Below are positions 1-9,788 of a stretch of 64,000 nt of DNA, one piece after another. Every line of letters starts with the position of its first letter. Position 1 is the stretch's first letter. Location: contig JASGJH010000001.1 in assembly GCA_047601445.1 (NCBI GenBank), positions 3,680,001 through 3,744,000 of the forward strand, given 5' to 3'. The translations under genes were made by a program, and so were the position numbers. The DNA is from Myxococcales bacterium. Lineage in GTDB: Bacteria > Myxococcota_A > Polyangia > Polyangiales > DASUME01. Under the pieces are notes generated by a model. That model made no database searches. It saw only the letters and a list, made by a program, of their open reading frames with translations, and was not told the DNA's origin.

Positions 1-1
1 G

Positions 2-769
2 CAGCACGAGCGAGCCGCGCTGAAGACCGAGCGACTTGCGACGCGAGCCAACGTAGGAGGGCAGCTCCGGCGCGGGCGATTGCTTGGGAAGCTTGACTCC
101 GCTGCGATCCTCGTACTCACCGGCAGCGCCCAACATGAGGTCGTACTTTCCCCACTGAGCTCCGCCCGAGAGGTCGAATTGGCCGCCGAGATGGGTCGTC
201 GTGTAGCCGCCGAGCAGGCGCGCCCGCAGAGGGCGCAGCGTCGAGGGCGAGCGCGTGATGATGTTGACCACGCCGAGGAAGGCGTCGAAGCCGTAGAGTG
301 CCGAGACGGGCCCGCGGATGATCTCGATCTGTTGGATCGACTCGAGCGGGACGAGCTCCACGCCGATCCAATTTCCCAAGGTGGTGAAATAGGTGACCGG
401 GCGTCCGTCGATCATCACCTTGATCACGCTGCTCTCGGCTCCGAGCCCCCCCGTCACGCCGCGCACTCCCGCGTTGGGGAGGATGTTGTCGTCGAGCACG
501 TAGAAGCCCACCGTGTGCTGGAGCACCTCGGCCACGGAGCGCCAGCCCCACTTCACGATGTCCTCGTAGGTGATCACGCTCATCACGGCGGGAGCGTCGT
601 CGATGTCCTCTGCGGTGCGGCTCGCGGTGGAGACCTTCACGTTCATGAGTCGGACCAGGTCGAGCTCGTCGAGCGCGTGTCGCTCGCTGGTCTGCGCCTC
701 GGCGTGCTGGAGCGGCGCGCTCCAGAGCCAAATTCCCAGCAGCCAACCCAGGCCGCGCAGACTGGACAT
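2..769 (-). CDS. TonB-dependent outer-membrane receptor, N-terminal plug region (runs off the window start)
   Basis: Hand translation, not in the ORF track: MSSLRGLGWLL...LMNVKVSTASRTAEDIDDAPAVMSVIT...IQQIEIIRGPVSALYGFDAFLGVVNIIT, a classic plug motif after a signal peptide. Alternative start at 790. Confidence 0.9.
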   Translation of the reverse strand, partial: MSSLRGLGWLLGIWLWSAPLQHAEAQTSERHALDELDLVRLMNVKVSTASRTAEDIDDAPAVMSVITYEDIVKWGWRSVAEVLQHTVGFYVLDDNILPNAGVRGVTGGLGAESSVIKVMIDGRPVTYFTTLGNWIGVELVPLESIQQIEIIRGPVSALYGFDAFLGVVNIITRSPSTLRPLRARLLGGYTTTHLGGQFDLSGGAQWGKYDLMLGAAGEYEDRSGVKLPKQSPAPELPSYVGSRRKSLGLQRGSLVL

Positions 770-905
770 GCGGATCGCCCGCCGCGCCATGCCTCGAAGC
801 CTCCAGTGCTGTGTCAGCCTGGATGGGCCCTGCCGAGGCTCCGCGCCTGCGAACACCGTCGCAGTATATCGCGGAGCAGCGCCTACGATCGAGCACCAGC
901 GTCAA

Positions 906-2210
906 TCACTCCGACGGCGACGACGTGCCCGGCGCGGCGCAGCGCTCGGATCGACCGTAGCGCGGCAGGCAGATCGTGACCTTGGTACCTTGCCCGAGGG
1001 CACTCTCAATCTCGATGTGTCCGCCGAAGCCCTCGAGGATCTGGCGCGACAAGTACAGCCCCAATCCGGTACCAGTGCCCTCCGAACGCGTGGTGAAGAA
1101 CAGGTCGAATGCGTGGGCCAATGTCTCCTCGGACATACCGGGACCCGAGTCCTGAATCTGTACCTCGACCGTGCGTCCGCCCTCGATGGCACGCGTGGAA
1201 ACCCGCAGCGTATCGCGCGCCGCCGTGCCGTTCTCCAGGGCCTGAGCCGCGTTGGCGACCACGTTCAGCATCACCTGGCTAAGGCGAGCCGCGTTGGCCG
1301 CCACGGGCGGCACGGCTTGGCGGTCCCAGACCACGCGCGCACGGTGCTTGATTTGATGCCCCGCGAGCCGGAGCACCGACTCGAGAACCTGGGACAGGTC
1401 GACGGGCTCCACGACGTCTCGGTCCGGCGCCGAAAAGGTCTTGATGTCGTGGGAAATGACGCGCACGCGGTCGGCGGCATCGACCGCATGGTCGATCATC
1501 TTCAGCGCCGGGTCGAGGCGAAGCGGGGCTCCTTCGCGCTGGGCGGTGAGCGCGCTGTTGCGCAGCATGTCCAGGCTCGCGGTCAGGTAGGTCAAGGGTT
1601 GGTTCATTTCGTGCGCTACTCCGGCCGCGACCACCCCCAACGACGACATCCGGTCGTTCATCACCAAGCGGGCTTCCGCGCGCTGACGCTCCTCGATCTC
1701 GTGCTCCAGGCGCGTGACCATGCCGGCCATGTCGAGTTCACGACGCCTCAAGGCCACGCAGGTCCGGATGCGCGCGAGTAGCTCCTCCGTCTTCCAGGGC
1801 TTGGTGACGTAGTCGGTGGCGCCGGCGCGCAGCGCGCGCACGTAGTCCTGGCCGGACGCAGTGAGCACGACCACGGGCAAGAACGACGGACTCGGATGCA
1901 GCGCCAGCTCCTCGAGCACCTCGAAGCCGGACATGTCCGGCATCATCAGGTCGAGCAACACGAGGTCGACACGTTCATGCTTCAAATACGCGAGGCACTC
2001 CAATCCCGAGTGCACTACGACGGTGACGTAGTCGTGCGCCAAGTCTTCCTGGAGACGCTCCCCGACGATCGGGTTGTCATCGACGATCAAAAGCTTGGCG
2101 TGTTGCTCGGCGACATCGCTCGCGGCGCGCGAGGACGAAGGCTCGGGCCAGACGTGAGGCGGGATGGCGCCTGCAGACGACGGATCTTGGGAGGGGCGAA
2201 CCCAGACCAT
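906..2210 (-). CDS. Hybrid response regulator / histidine kinase (REC-HisKA-HATPase)
   Basis: LIVDD, DLMMPDMSG and TKP receiver motifs; AHEMNQPL H-box; NVVANA, DSGPGM, FFTT and GTGLGL boxes. Confidence 0.93.
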   Translation of the reverse strand: MVWVRPSQDPSSAGAIPPHVWPEPSSSRAASDVAEQHAKLLIVDDNPIVGERLQEDLAHDYVTVVVHSGLECLAYLKHERVDLVLLDLMMPDMSGFEVLEELALHPSPSFLPVVVLTASGQDYVRALRAGATDYVTKPWKTEELLARIRTCVALRRRELDMAGMVTRLEHEIEERQRAEARLVMNDRMSSLGVVAAGVAHEMNQPLTYLTASLDMLRNSALTAQREGAPLRLDPALKMIDHAVDAADRVRVISHDIKTFSAPDRDVVEPVDLSQVLESVLRLAGHQIKHRARVVWDRQAVPPVAANAARLSQVMLNVVANAAQALENGTAARDTLRVSTRAIEGGRTVEVQIQDSGPGMSEETLAHAFDLFFTTRSEGTGTGLGLYLSRQILEGFGGHIEIESALGQGTKVTICLPRYGRSERCAAPGTSSPSE

Positions 2211-2432
2211 ATTTCAGCCTAGATCCGCGGGGAGCCTTGTGCGAACCCTCGATGCGCGTCGCCGCTGCCCCCAACATGGCGCATCCTCGACCGACCCTGC
2301 GCTAGGGCCACACGAAAACGCGCATGCGAGCGCCGCGTAGCGCGGTGAGATCGCGCTTCTCCTCTGCCGCGGAAGGTGACGTGCCACTGACGCGCGAGCT
2401 GGCCCCAGGTACGCTGTCCTGAGGGGGAATCG

Positions 2433-3863
2433 ATGATGGCCCAAGCACCATGCAGCGTCGCTCTGGCAGCGGCGCTCGTGATCGGAGGGAACGCGTGCGG
2501 CGGCGGAGGAGAGTCGGCATCGTCCAACGACGACTCCGGACTCGAAGCGGGATCGGTCGACCAGGAGGACACGATCGAGCTCTACAGCTGGTGGACCGCC
2601 GGCGGTGAGGCGCAAGCGTTGGCGCTGCTGATCGACCTGTACAAGAACCGCTACCCCGGCCACGACGTGCTCAACTCCACGGCCACGGCGACCGCGAGCG
2701 GCGCGGTGGAGGAGGCCTTCCAGACCATGCGCAAGCGGCTGGCGGCCGGGGACCCACCGGACTCGTGGCAAGCCATCCTTGGTAACAATCTCCTGACCTA
2801 CACGCGCTTCGTGCCCGAAGGGCTAGAGGACGCGGGCGTCACTCCAGTGAACACCACAGCGGAGCTGTCCTCGCTCTACGCGAGTGAAGGTTGGCTCGAC
2901 AAATTCCCGCCTGCTCTGCTCGACGCCATGAAGGACGGCAACGGGATTTACGCGGTGCCGATCTCCATCGGCCGCATCAACAACCTCTACTACAACAAGG
3001 CGATCTTCGACAAATACGGGCTGAAGCCGCCCGAAACCCTGGCCGAGCTGTGGGCCGTGGGCGAGGCCCTCAAGGGCAAGGTCGACGCGGAGGGCAAGCC
3101 GATCATCCCCATGGTGATCGCCTCGGGCTACACGGACTCTGCCTGGCCCGTACGCTTCGTGGCCGACGCAATCTTGATGGCCGAGCCAGGCGGCGCCGCC
3201 TTTCGGCAGGACTACTACCAGGGCAAGGCCAACCCGAGCGACCCGCGCTACGTGCAAGCGTCCAACGACTTCATCAAGCTCCTCTCCAACTACACCAATG
3301 CCGGCAACGACGAGCTCGCCGCCGAGGACTCGCCCGAGCACGCGCTCAAGCTGCAGTGGGAGGATGCCGCGGACCTGCTGCGCTCCGGGCGCGCCGCGAT
3401 GTTCCTGCACGGAAGCTGGGTGAAGGCCTATCTGGAATCCAAGGGCGAGGTCGCGGACACCGACTTCGGCGTGGTGCAGTTTCCTCCCAAAGCCTTCGTG
3501 TATGCCGGGGATAGCTTCGTGATGTCCAACGCTGCCCAACACAAGCAGGCGGCACTCGACTTCCTCAAGCTGATCGGATCGGCCGACGTTCAGAGCGCGT
3601 TCAATCAGGTCAAAGGGGCATTGCCGGCTCGCACCGACGCCGACACCAGTGACTACGACGCGATCGGGCGCCAAACCGCGGCGGATTTGCACGACTCCTC
3701 CGTGTCGCTCGTGCCTGCCTCCTGGGACTATCCGCCTAGCGAATACTGGGGATGCTGGGAGAAGGCGGTGCTGAACGCCGTCAAGGACAACGACGCCCAC
3801 GCCTACGCGAATGCCTGCGTAGACGTGTACCCCGCGCTCTCCGAACCCAAAGAGAAACCGTGA
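2433..3863 (+). CDS. Carbohydrate ABC-type solute-binding lipoprotein (glucose/mannose-binding-like)
   Basis: YSWWTAGGE, GDPPDSWQ, NNLYYNK, FNQVKGALPARTD; lipobox-like NAC; GGGGGA RBS. Confidence 0.88.
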   Translation: MMAQAPCSVALAAALVIGGNACGGGGESASSNDDSGLEAGSVDQEDTIELYSWWTAGGEAQALALLIDLYKNRYPGHDVLNSTATATASGAVEEAFQTMRKRLAAGDPPDSWQAILGNNLLTYTRFVPEGLEDAGVTPVNTTAELSSLYASEGWLDKFPPALLDAMKDGNGIYAVPISIGRINNLYYNKAIFDKYGLKPPETLAELWAVGEALKGKVDAEGKPIIPMVIASGYTDSAWPVRFVADAILMAEPGGAAFRQDYYQGKANPSDPRYVQASNDFIKLLSNYTNAGNDELAAEDSPEHALKLQWEDAADLLRSGRAAMFLHGSWVKAYLESKGEVADTDFGVVQFPPKAFVYAGDSFVMSNAAQHKQAALDFLKLIGSADVQSAFNQVKGALPARTDADTSDYDAIGRQTAADLHDSSVSLVPASWDYPPSEYWGCWEKAVLNAVKDNDAHAYANACVDVYPALSEPKEKP

Positions 3864-5096
3864 ACCACCGCACGCTTCTCCTCCTGGCTCTGCTCGGTTG
3901 CGGCGACGGCGCGAGTGACGGCGCCGACGACGGCGAGCTCCGTATCGGCCTGCTCTTGCCCTACACCGGCAGAGACGGCTCGGCGGGCACCAACTTCGAA
4001 CGCGGCGTACTGATGGCCGTGGACAACGTCAACGCGGGCGGAGGGCTCTTCGGCAAGCAGGTCAGAGATCGTCTTCGCGGACACCCACTCCAGCGTCGAA
4101 CTTGGGTTGGACGGCGTGCACGGGCTGATCGACAAGGGGGTGATCGCCGTGATCGGCCCTGAGGGAGACGAGCTCGCCAAGAGCCTGCCTCCCATCTTGG
4201 AGCCCCTCGGCATTCCGCTGATCACACCGAGTTCATCATCGGCGCCGGTAGAGGTCTCGGCTGAGACCAGCCTGTGGTTTCGGCTCGCGCCCTCGGCCGA
4301 AGACCTGGGCACGGCCATGGGCCGCTACCTGCGCACCGAGGGCGTGACGGACATCGCCATCGTGAGCACCGACACCGAGTACGACACGAGCTTCTCTGCA
4401 GCGGTCGCGGCGCGGCTCGAGGAGGCAGACATCGCCATCGCGATCTCCGAGAACATCCTGCCCAGCGCGGCCGACTTCACCGATGTGGTACACCGCGTGG
4501 TCGACGCTGCACCCAAGGCCATCGTGCTGGCAGCGGACGCCAGCACGGGCAGCCGCTTCGTCAACGACTACGACTTCGTGTTGGGTTCCACCGACGGCGT
4601 TAAGTGGTACCTCTCGCCCCAGCTCGAGCAGCCTGGCTTCTTGCTCAACACCTCGCCGGAAGACGTCGAGGGGATGATCGGCGTGGCCGCGGCGGTGAGC
4701 CCGGTGAAAGCGCGCACGGACGCCTTCACGAAGGCCTTCGAGGAACGCTGGGACGGGGCTGCGCCCACCACGGGCGCTTTCTACTACTACGACGCGTTGG
4801 CGCTGTTCGCGGTCGCCTTCGAGGGCGCGGCCACCAAAGTGGGCAATGCGCACCCGGATCCAGAGACCCTGCGCAGCTATATGCTGTCTTCCTCCGGGCA
4901 GTCGGGGCTGGTCGTGGAGTGGGACGAGTTGCCCAAGGGGCTCGAGAATGCGAGCAAAGGTGAAGCGGTGTACTACACGGGCGTGACCGGGGTCCTGTCA
5001 CTCGATGAAGCTGGAGCTCGCTCGGCGGTGTACACGCGGCTGTGGACCATCGAAGGGGGACAAGTGGTGCCGCTCCCCGAGGCGCAGGCGGAGTAG
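3860..5096 (+). pseudogene. Branched-chain-amino-acid-type (LivJ/K-like) solute-binding lipoprotein interrupted by a +1 frameshift near 4064
   Basis: GTG start overlaps the upstream TGA; LLGC lipobox; IGLLLPYTG...VNAGGGLFGKQV. Removing one A near 4064 restores EIVFADT and joins ORF 4107-5096. Could be a sequencing error. Confidence 0.8.
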
Positions 5097-5112
5097 CGTT
5101 CTCTGTCCTGGA

Positions 5113-6399
5113 CTAGTCCACCAGCGTACGCAGACGGAAGGCCAGGCGCGCGCTCGCCGACATGCGATGCCAGCGCTCGAGGCGCTCCGTGTAGTAGTCG
5201 AGTGTGAGCCTGGCCACGGCCCGCGGGGAGTAGTCGTTCTGCATGGCGCGCGCCCCCTCGGCGCCCATGCGTTGCGCGTGCTGAGGATCGCGCAACAGCC
5301 TGAGGCAAGCCTCGGCCAGATCCGCTTCGCTCTCACTCTGGAAGAGCACGCCGTTGCGCCCTTCTTGCACGATCTCCGGGATGCCTCCGGTACGAGAGGC
5401 GACCAGGGGACAGCCGTAGGCGAGCGCCTCGAGCACTGCGAGCGGATGGTTCTCGTAGCGGGAGGCCACCACGGTCACGAACGAGCGCCGACGCAACTCC
5501 GCGATCTCCGAGAGCGGGCGCGAGCCAAGCCAGCGTGCTCGCGCGCGCAGCTCCCCGGGTAGCTCGCCGTCGAGGTAGCGCTCGGGAGCGAGCAGCTCAC
5601 CGCGCACCGGAATGCCCTCTCCGGGCCCCACCAGCAACAGCTCCAGCTCCGGCAGCTCCGCACCCAGCCGACGAAACGCCTTCACCACCAGGTCGGCGCC
5701 CTTGCGAAGATCGAAGCGCCCGACGCACAGCAAGGTCTTCTTGTCACACGCCTGGTAGCTCCAGCGCTCACGGGCCTCCACGCTCGGCCCCGGGTTGGGG
5801 ATCACGGCAGCATGCGGCAGCTCGACCTGATAGCGCGCACGCACGCGCTCCAGCTGATCGCGCGCCGGAGAGGTGATCGCGAGCGCCGCACGAAAGGCCT
5901 GGCCCTCGGCCCACACCCGCCGCGCGAAGGCGGCGTCTTGCACCACGTTGTCCGAGGGGCCGGCGAGGAACCACGGGCCGTGCAGGCGCACCACGATGGG
6001 AATGTCGAGGAAAGGCTGCGCCCAAAACGGAGTTCCGAATGACTCCTCCATCTCGATCAGCTCGGGCCGTGAGGTGCCGGGGAGCCGCTGAAGCGCGTGG
6101 AGCACGCGCAGCGCGTGCTGGTGACCAGTCAGGCTCCATGGGCTCACTCGGCGCACCGTGCGCAGCAGCGCCGCGGGGACTGCCTGGATATTCGCGTCGC
6201 ACAAGGGCACCACGTCGGGTGTGTTCTGTGGGGCGTCGGGCGGCACCCAGGCGAGCACCAGGGAGGACACCCCCTCCTGCTGCAACCCCTGCCGCATGTT
6301 CGCGACATACGTGACGATGCCATTGGCCAAGCAGTCGGGGGGCCAGGCTGGACTCACGAAGGCCACGTGGCGTGGACGCCGGAGCGTGCGGTTACGCAT
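5113..6399 (-). CDS. Glycosyltransferase family 4
   Basis: GIVTY, VGRFDLRKGAD, SRYENHPLAVLEALAYGCPLVASRTGGIPE. Confidence 0.92.
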   Translation of the reverse strand: MRNRTLRRPRHVAFVSPAWPPDCLANGIVTYVANMRQGLQQEGVSSLVLAWVPPDAPQNTPDVVPLCDANIQAVPAALLRTVRRVSPWSLTGHQHALRVLHALQRLPGTSRPELIEMEESFGTPFWAQPFLDIPIVVRLHGPWFLAGPSDNVVQDAAFARRVWAEGQAFRAALAITSPARDQLERVRARYQVELPHAAVIPNPGPSVEARERWSYQACDKKTLLCVGRFDLRKGADLVVKAFRRLGAELPELELLLVGPGEGIPVRGELLAPERYLDGELPGELRARARWLGSRPLSEIAELRRRSFVTVVASRYENHPLAVLEALAYGCPLVASRTGGIPEIVQEGRNGVLFQSESEADLAEACLRLLRDPQHAQRMGAEGARAMQNDYSPRAVARLTLDYYTERLERWHRMSASARLAFRLRTLVD

Positions 6400-6545
6400 C
6401 TCGTGATCGTACCGATCCACGCGCCCGAATGAACGCAGGAACACCCGACCGCGCGCGCCTCGAACGGGCGCTGCCCTCGCTTGGAGACAGCGCTCGCCAC
6501 ACCTTCGTTGACCGCAGATGGGAGACGTCAGGCTCGGATCACGCC

Positions 6546-7013
6546 CTAGTTGGAGGGATCTTCGCGATGACGGCAGATGGCGGCCATGGTCTCGGTGAGC
6601 CCGCGCAGGGCGCGCTTCTTCATCTTGCCGTCGGGGGGCGGCACACGCGCCAGAATGACGTCGTTGAGCGAGAGCACGCCGACCAGGCGCCCATTGTCGT
6701 CGACCACGGGCAGACGCCTGACTTGCCAGGCGCGCATGGTGCGCTCGGCACTGGCCACCGTGTCGCTGTCGAGACAGGTGTACACCTCGGGCGACATCAC
6801 ATCGAGAATCGGAATCGCGTTGAGCGATCGGCCCTGGATATAGGCCGCCATGCACACGTCGCGATCGGTGACCATGCCGACAGGCACTTCATCGTCGTCC
6901 ACCACGGGCATGCTCCCGATGTCGCACTCCCACATCGTCCGAGCGGCGTCGCTCGCCGTCTGCTTCGAAGTACACGTGCGAGGTTTCGAGCTCATCAACT
7001 CTTTGACGCGCAT
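6546..7013 (-). CDS. CBS domain protein
   Basis: Tandem CBS pair: GMVTDRD, VRRLPVVD..LVGVLSLND. Confidence 0.92.
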   Translation of the reverse strand: MRVKELMSSKPRTCTSKQTASDAARTMWECDIGSMPVVDDDEVPVGMVTDRDVCMAAYIQGRSLNAIPILDVMSPEVYTCLDSDTVASAERTMRAWQVRRLPVVDDNGRLVGVLSLNDVILARVPPPDGKMKKRALRGLTETMAAICRHREDPSN

Positions 7014-7145
7014 GGACCACTACTCCTCGTGCCACTCCAACTCGGGGACGCACCTCACCGAGAGCCGGCACCAGGGAGTCACGTAAGCACGTCGAGGCCG
7101 CTGGCTAGTCCCGCCTGCGCTGCTCCGATCGAGGCTGTTCGGCGT

Positions 7146-7958
7146 TCACGTGCGGCGCCCGAAAATCTGCAAAATGCGGGGCATTCCCATCAGGGTATCG
7201 GGCCGCTCGGCGAGCGCGATCAACTCGGCTGCCAGGGCCTCGACCTCTGCGGCCGTGGCGAGCTGCGCGCCCACCACCGCGTCGGCCATGTTCTTCATGC
7301 TGACCGCCGCGGCCAACTTGGCCTCCCCGCGCAGGGCCACCGGCTGCACGACGTCGACGCGCACATCGGCGAGACCCGCCTCGGCCATCAGCGTGGGCAG
7401 CCGCAGCCCGATGTGCACATCTGCGCCCTTGCTCTGCACGACCCGCTCACAGAGCTCGGTGTACCGGTCGTGGGACGCACTCGGCGGCTCACACAGCCAC
7501 CCGGAATGATCGATGTCTTCCACGATCACCACGCCGCCCGGCCGCGTCAGGCGTACGAACGTGGCCAACATGGCCGCCGGATCCCGAAGCTGGGTCAACA
7601 CGAAGCGCGCGTACACCGCGTCGAAACCGCGCTCATCGGACCATTCGGCCACGTCGACACACTGAAACGCGAGATTTTCGGAGAGCCCCTCGAGCTCCGC
7701 GTCGCGCCGGGCAAGCTCCAACTTCGCCGGATCCAGATCGGCGCCGATCACCTGTCCGCGCGGCCCTACCCGGCTCGCCAGCTCGAAGCTCACGTCACCC
7801 GTACCGCAGCCCACATCCAGGCAGCGCGAACCCGCGGCAATTCCGACCCGATCGAACAGGGCCGCCGTGGGGTCTTGCATGACCCTGGCCAGCACCTTCG
7901 AGCGTTCGAGGCCTGCGGCACCCGCGTTCGCGATGTAGTCCGTGAGCTTCCCCGCCAT
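7146..7958 (-). CDS. Class I SAM-dependent methyltransferase
   Basis: LDVGCGTG, FDAVYARFVL, RPGG. Confidence 0.9.
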   Translation of the reverse strand: MAGKLTDYIANAGAAGLERSKVLARVMQDPTAALFDRVGIAAGSRCLDVGCGTGDVSFELASRVGPRGQVIGADLDPAKLELARRDAELEGLSENLAFQCVDVAEWSDERGFDAVYARFVLTQLRDPAAMLATFVRLTRPGGVVIVEDIDHSGWLCEPPSASHDRYTELCERVVQSKGADVHIGLRLPTLMAEAGLADVRVDVVQPVALRGEAKLAAAVSMKNMADAVVGAQLATAAEVEALAAELIALAERPDTLMGMPRILQIFGRRT

Positions 7959-8009
7959 GCCGACCACGATAGGCCTGGTTTTGGCTGGAAACAACCGTCA
8001 ATGGACGAC

Positions 8010-9788
8010 CTACTGGCCGAGCACCGAGGGCACGAACTTGCCCTCGAAGTGGCCCGCCACGGTTTCACCGGTGGCGCCCACCTTGTCGAACACGATCTTG
8101 CCCGAGCCGATGAAGCCCACGATCTGCAGGTGCGGCGCATCTGCACCTTGGAGCACGACGCCAAAGGTCTCGAAGCCATGGGTCGCAAGCTCACCGAGCT
8201 CCGGCGCAGGACGCCCGAGCTGCCACTGCAGAACGGTCAGGCTGCCGTCGAACATGATCAACACCATCTGCACGGCGCCGGCCGGTCGCAGCGAGTCTTT
8301 CAACGGACCCGCGCTGGCGTAGGACAGCAGCGGCACCACCGCCTGCCCGTTGAGGGACAGCTGTACGGGATTGCCGGACATCAAAGTGAGCTGCTCGAGG
8401 TCGCCCCAGGGTGCGCTGAACTCGACGCGTACGTCGCTCACCAAGTCGCGGTGGCACGCGAGGCTCGCGAACTCGGGATAGGGCAACGCCACGGCATCCG
8501 CCGCCAACTCGGGTTCGATCTGCCCCCTGCGCGCGCGGATGAACTCCCGCTGTTGCTCGAAGCCCTTGGCGATGCCGGCCGTGCCCAAGAACCGCTCGTA
8601 GCGATCCACTTCGGCCAAGAGCGCGTCCTCGTCCCACACCGTGTCGAGCAGCTCCTGAAGGGTCTCGCGGTAGCGCTGGCGTCCCTCGGCCGTGGCGTAG
8701 ATGCGCCCGCTCAGAAACGAGCGCACGATCACGGAGGCCGGGCTCGCGGGCCCGTAGGCGATCTTCGAGAACGCGCCATCGGTCCCCCAGGGGATGAACG
8801 AGAGTTTCTGCGTGCCGGGTGCTGCATAGACGAAGAAGTTGTTGCGATTGCCGTCGTAGCCGTCCCAGTGCGACAGCAAGCTTTCCATCGCCCAAAAGCG
8901 CAGGTACTCATCGACATCGATGAGCTCGTCGAGCGCGCCGAGCAGGTCGGCCGGGGGGTTCTCCAGCAGCTTGGCGAGCGCTTCGAAGGTCGCGCCCATG
9001 GGCTGATCTTCGTTGGTCTTCTTCTCGAAGTTGAGGAAGAGATCGGCGCGAAAGTCGGCGGGGGCCGAGCCCTCGTAGAGGTCCCCCTTGGAGTCCCCGA
9101 AGGAGCGCTTCAAGAACGGCTTCTTCACGGGCTCCACGTTGGTGTACACGCCGAGCGCCTCACCGTTGACCTTCACCTGGGCGAAGGAGCAGCGCGGGGT
9201 GGCCAAACCCGCCGCCTCGAACAATGCGTATGCCATGCATTGGTGGATGAGCGTCGGATCCTGCTGGTTGTTGTTGAGCGTGAACGACTTGGTCCCGTAG
9301 AGCTCCTGCTTCTCCACGAACTCGTCGAGGTCGATGCGCAGCGACGGGTGCAGCACCGAGAGCGAACCGAGGAAGCCCTTCTTGTGCACACCTACGCGCT
9401 CGAAGTCGTGCCCGTTGATGCTGGCCTTGGCCTCGAAGGTCGTGTAGTCGAACTCCTTGTCCTCGCAGCCGGAGAGGATTTCGTCGAGTTGACGCCCTTC
9501 GCCGCGCAGCTTCTGCCAGTCGATCGGATCGAGCTCCACCTCCACCTGCATGAAGGCTTCGTCCGAGAACCAAGGGTCGCTGGCAGCGGCGTCGGATGTA
9601 CCAGCGTCGTCCTGCGCATCGGGGGACGGCGACGCGTCGTCTCCCGGGCTCGGCTCTGCGCCGGCATCCTCGGCGTCGGGGGGAGCGCGGTCGGACCCCG
9701 GGGGCGGCTCGGGAGCCGGCTCACCGCAGGCACCGCACAACACGAGCCAGAGGGACGATGCATGGGCGAGCTGTCGCGAGGTGTTCAT
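8010..9788 (-). CDS. CotH kinase family lipoprotein
   Basis: GAC lipobox; KGFLGS, SLRIDLDEF, LNNNQQDP, YTNVE, HWDGY..NRNNF, IPWGTD. Confidence 0.85.
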   Translation of the reverse strand: MNTSRQLAHASSLWLVLCGACGEPAPEPPPGSDRAPPDAEDAGAEPSPGDDASPSPDAQDDAGTSDAAASDPWFSDEAFMQVEVELDPIDWQKLRGEGRQLDEILSGCEDKEFDYTTFEAKASINGHDFERVGVHKKGFLGSLSVLHPSLRIDLDEFVEKQELYGTKSFTLNNNQQDPTLIHQCMAYALFEAAGLATPRCSFAQVKVNGEALGVYTNVEPVKKPFLKRSFGDSKGDLYEGSAPADFRADLFLNFEKKTNEDQPMGATFEALAKLLENPPADLLGALDELIDVDEYLRFWAMESLLSHWDGYDGNRNNFFVYAAPGTQKLSFIPWGTDGAFSKIAYGPASPASVIVRSFLSGRIYATAEGRQRYRETLQELLDTVWDEDALLAEVDRYERFLGTAGIAKGFEQQREFIRARRGQIEPELAADAVALPYPEFASLACHRDLVSDVRVEFSAPWGDLEQLTLMSGNPVQLSLNGQAVVPLLSYASAGPLKDSLRPAGAVQMVLIMFDGSLTVLQWQLGRPAPELGELATHGFETFGVVLQGADAPHLQIVGFIGSGKIVFDKVGATGETVAGHFEGKFVPSVLGQ

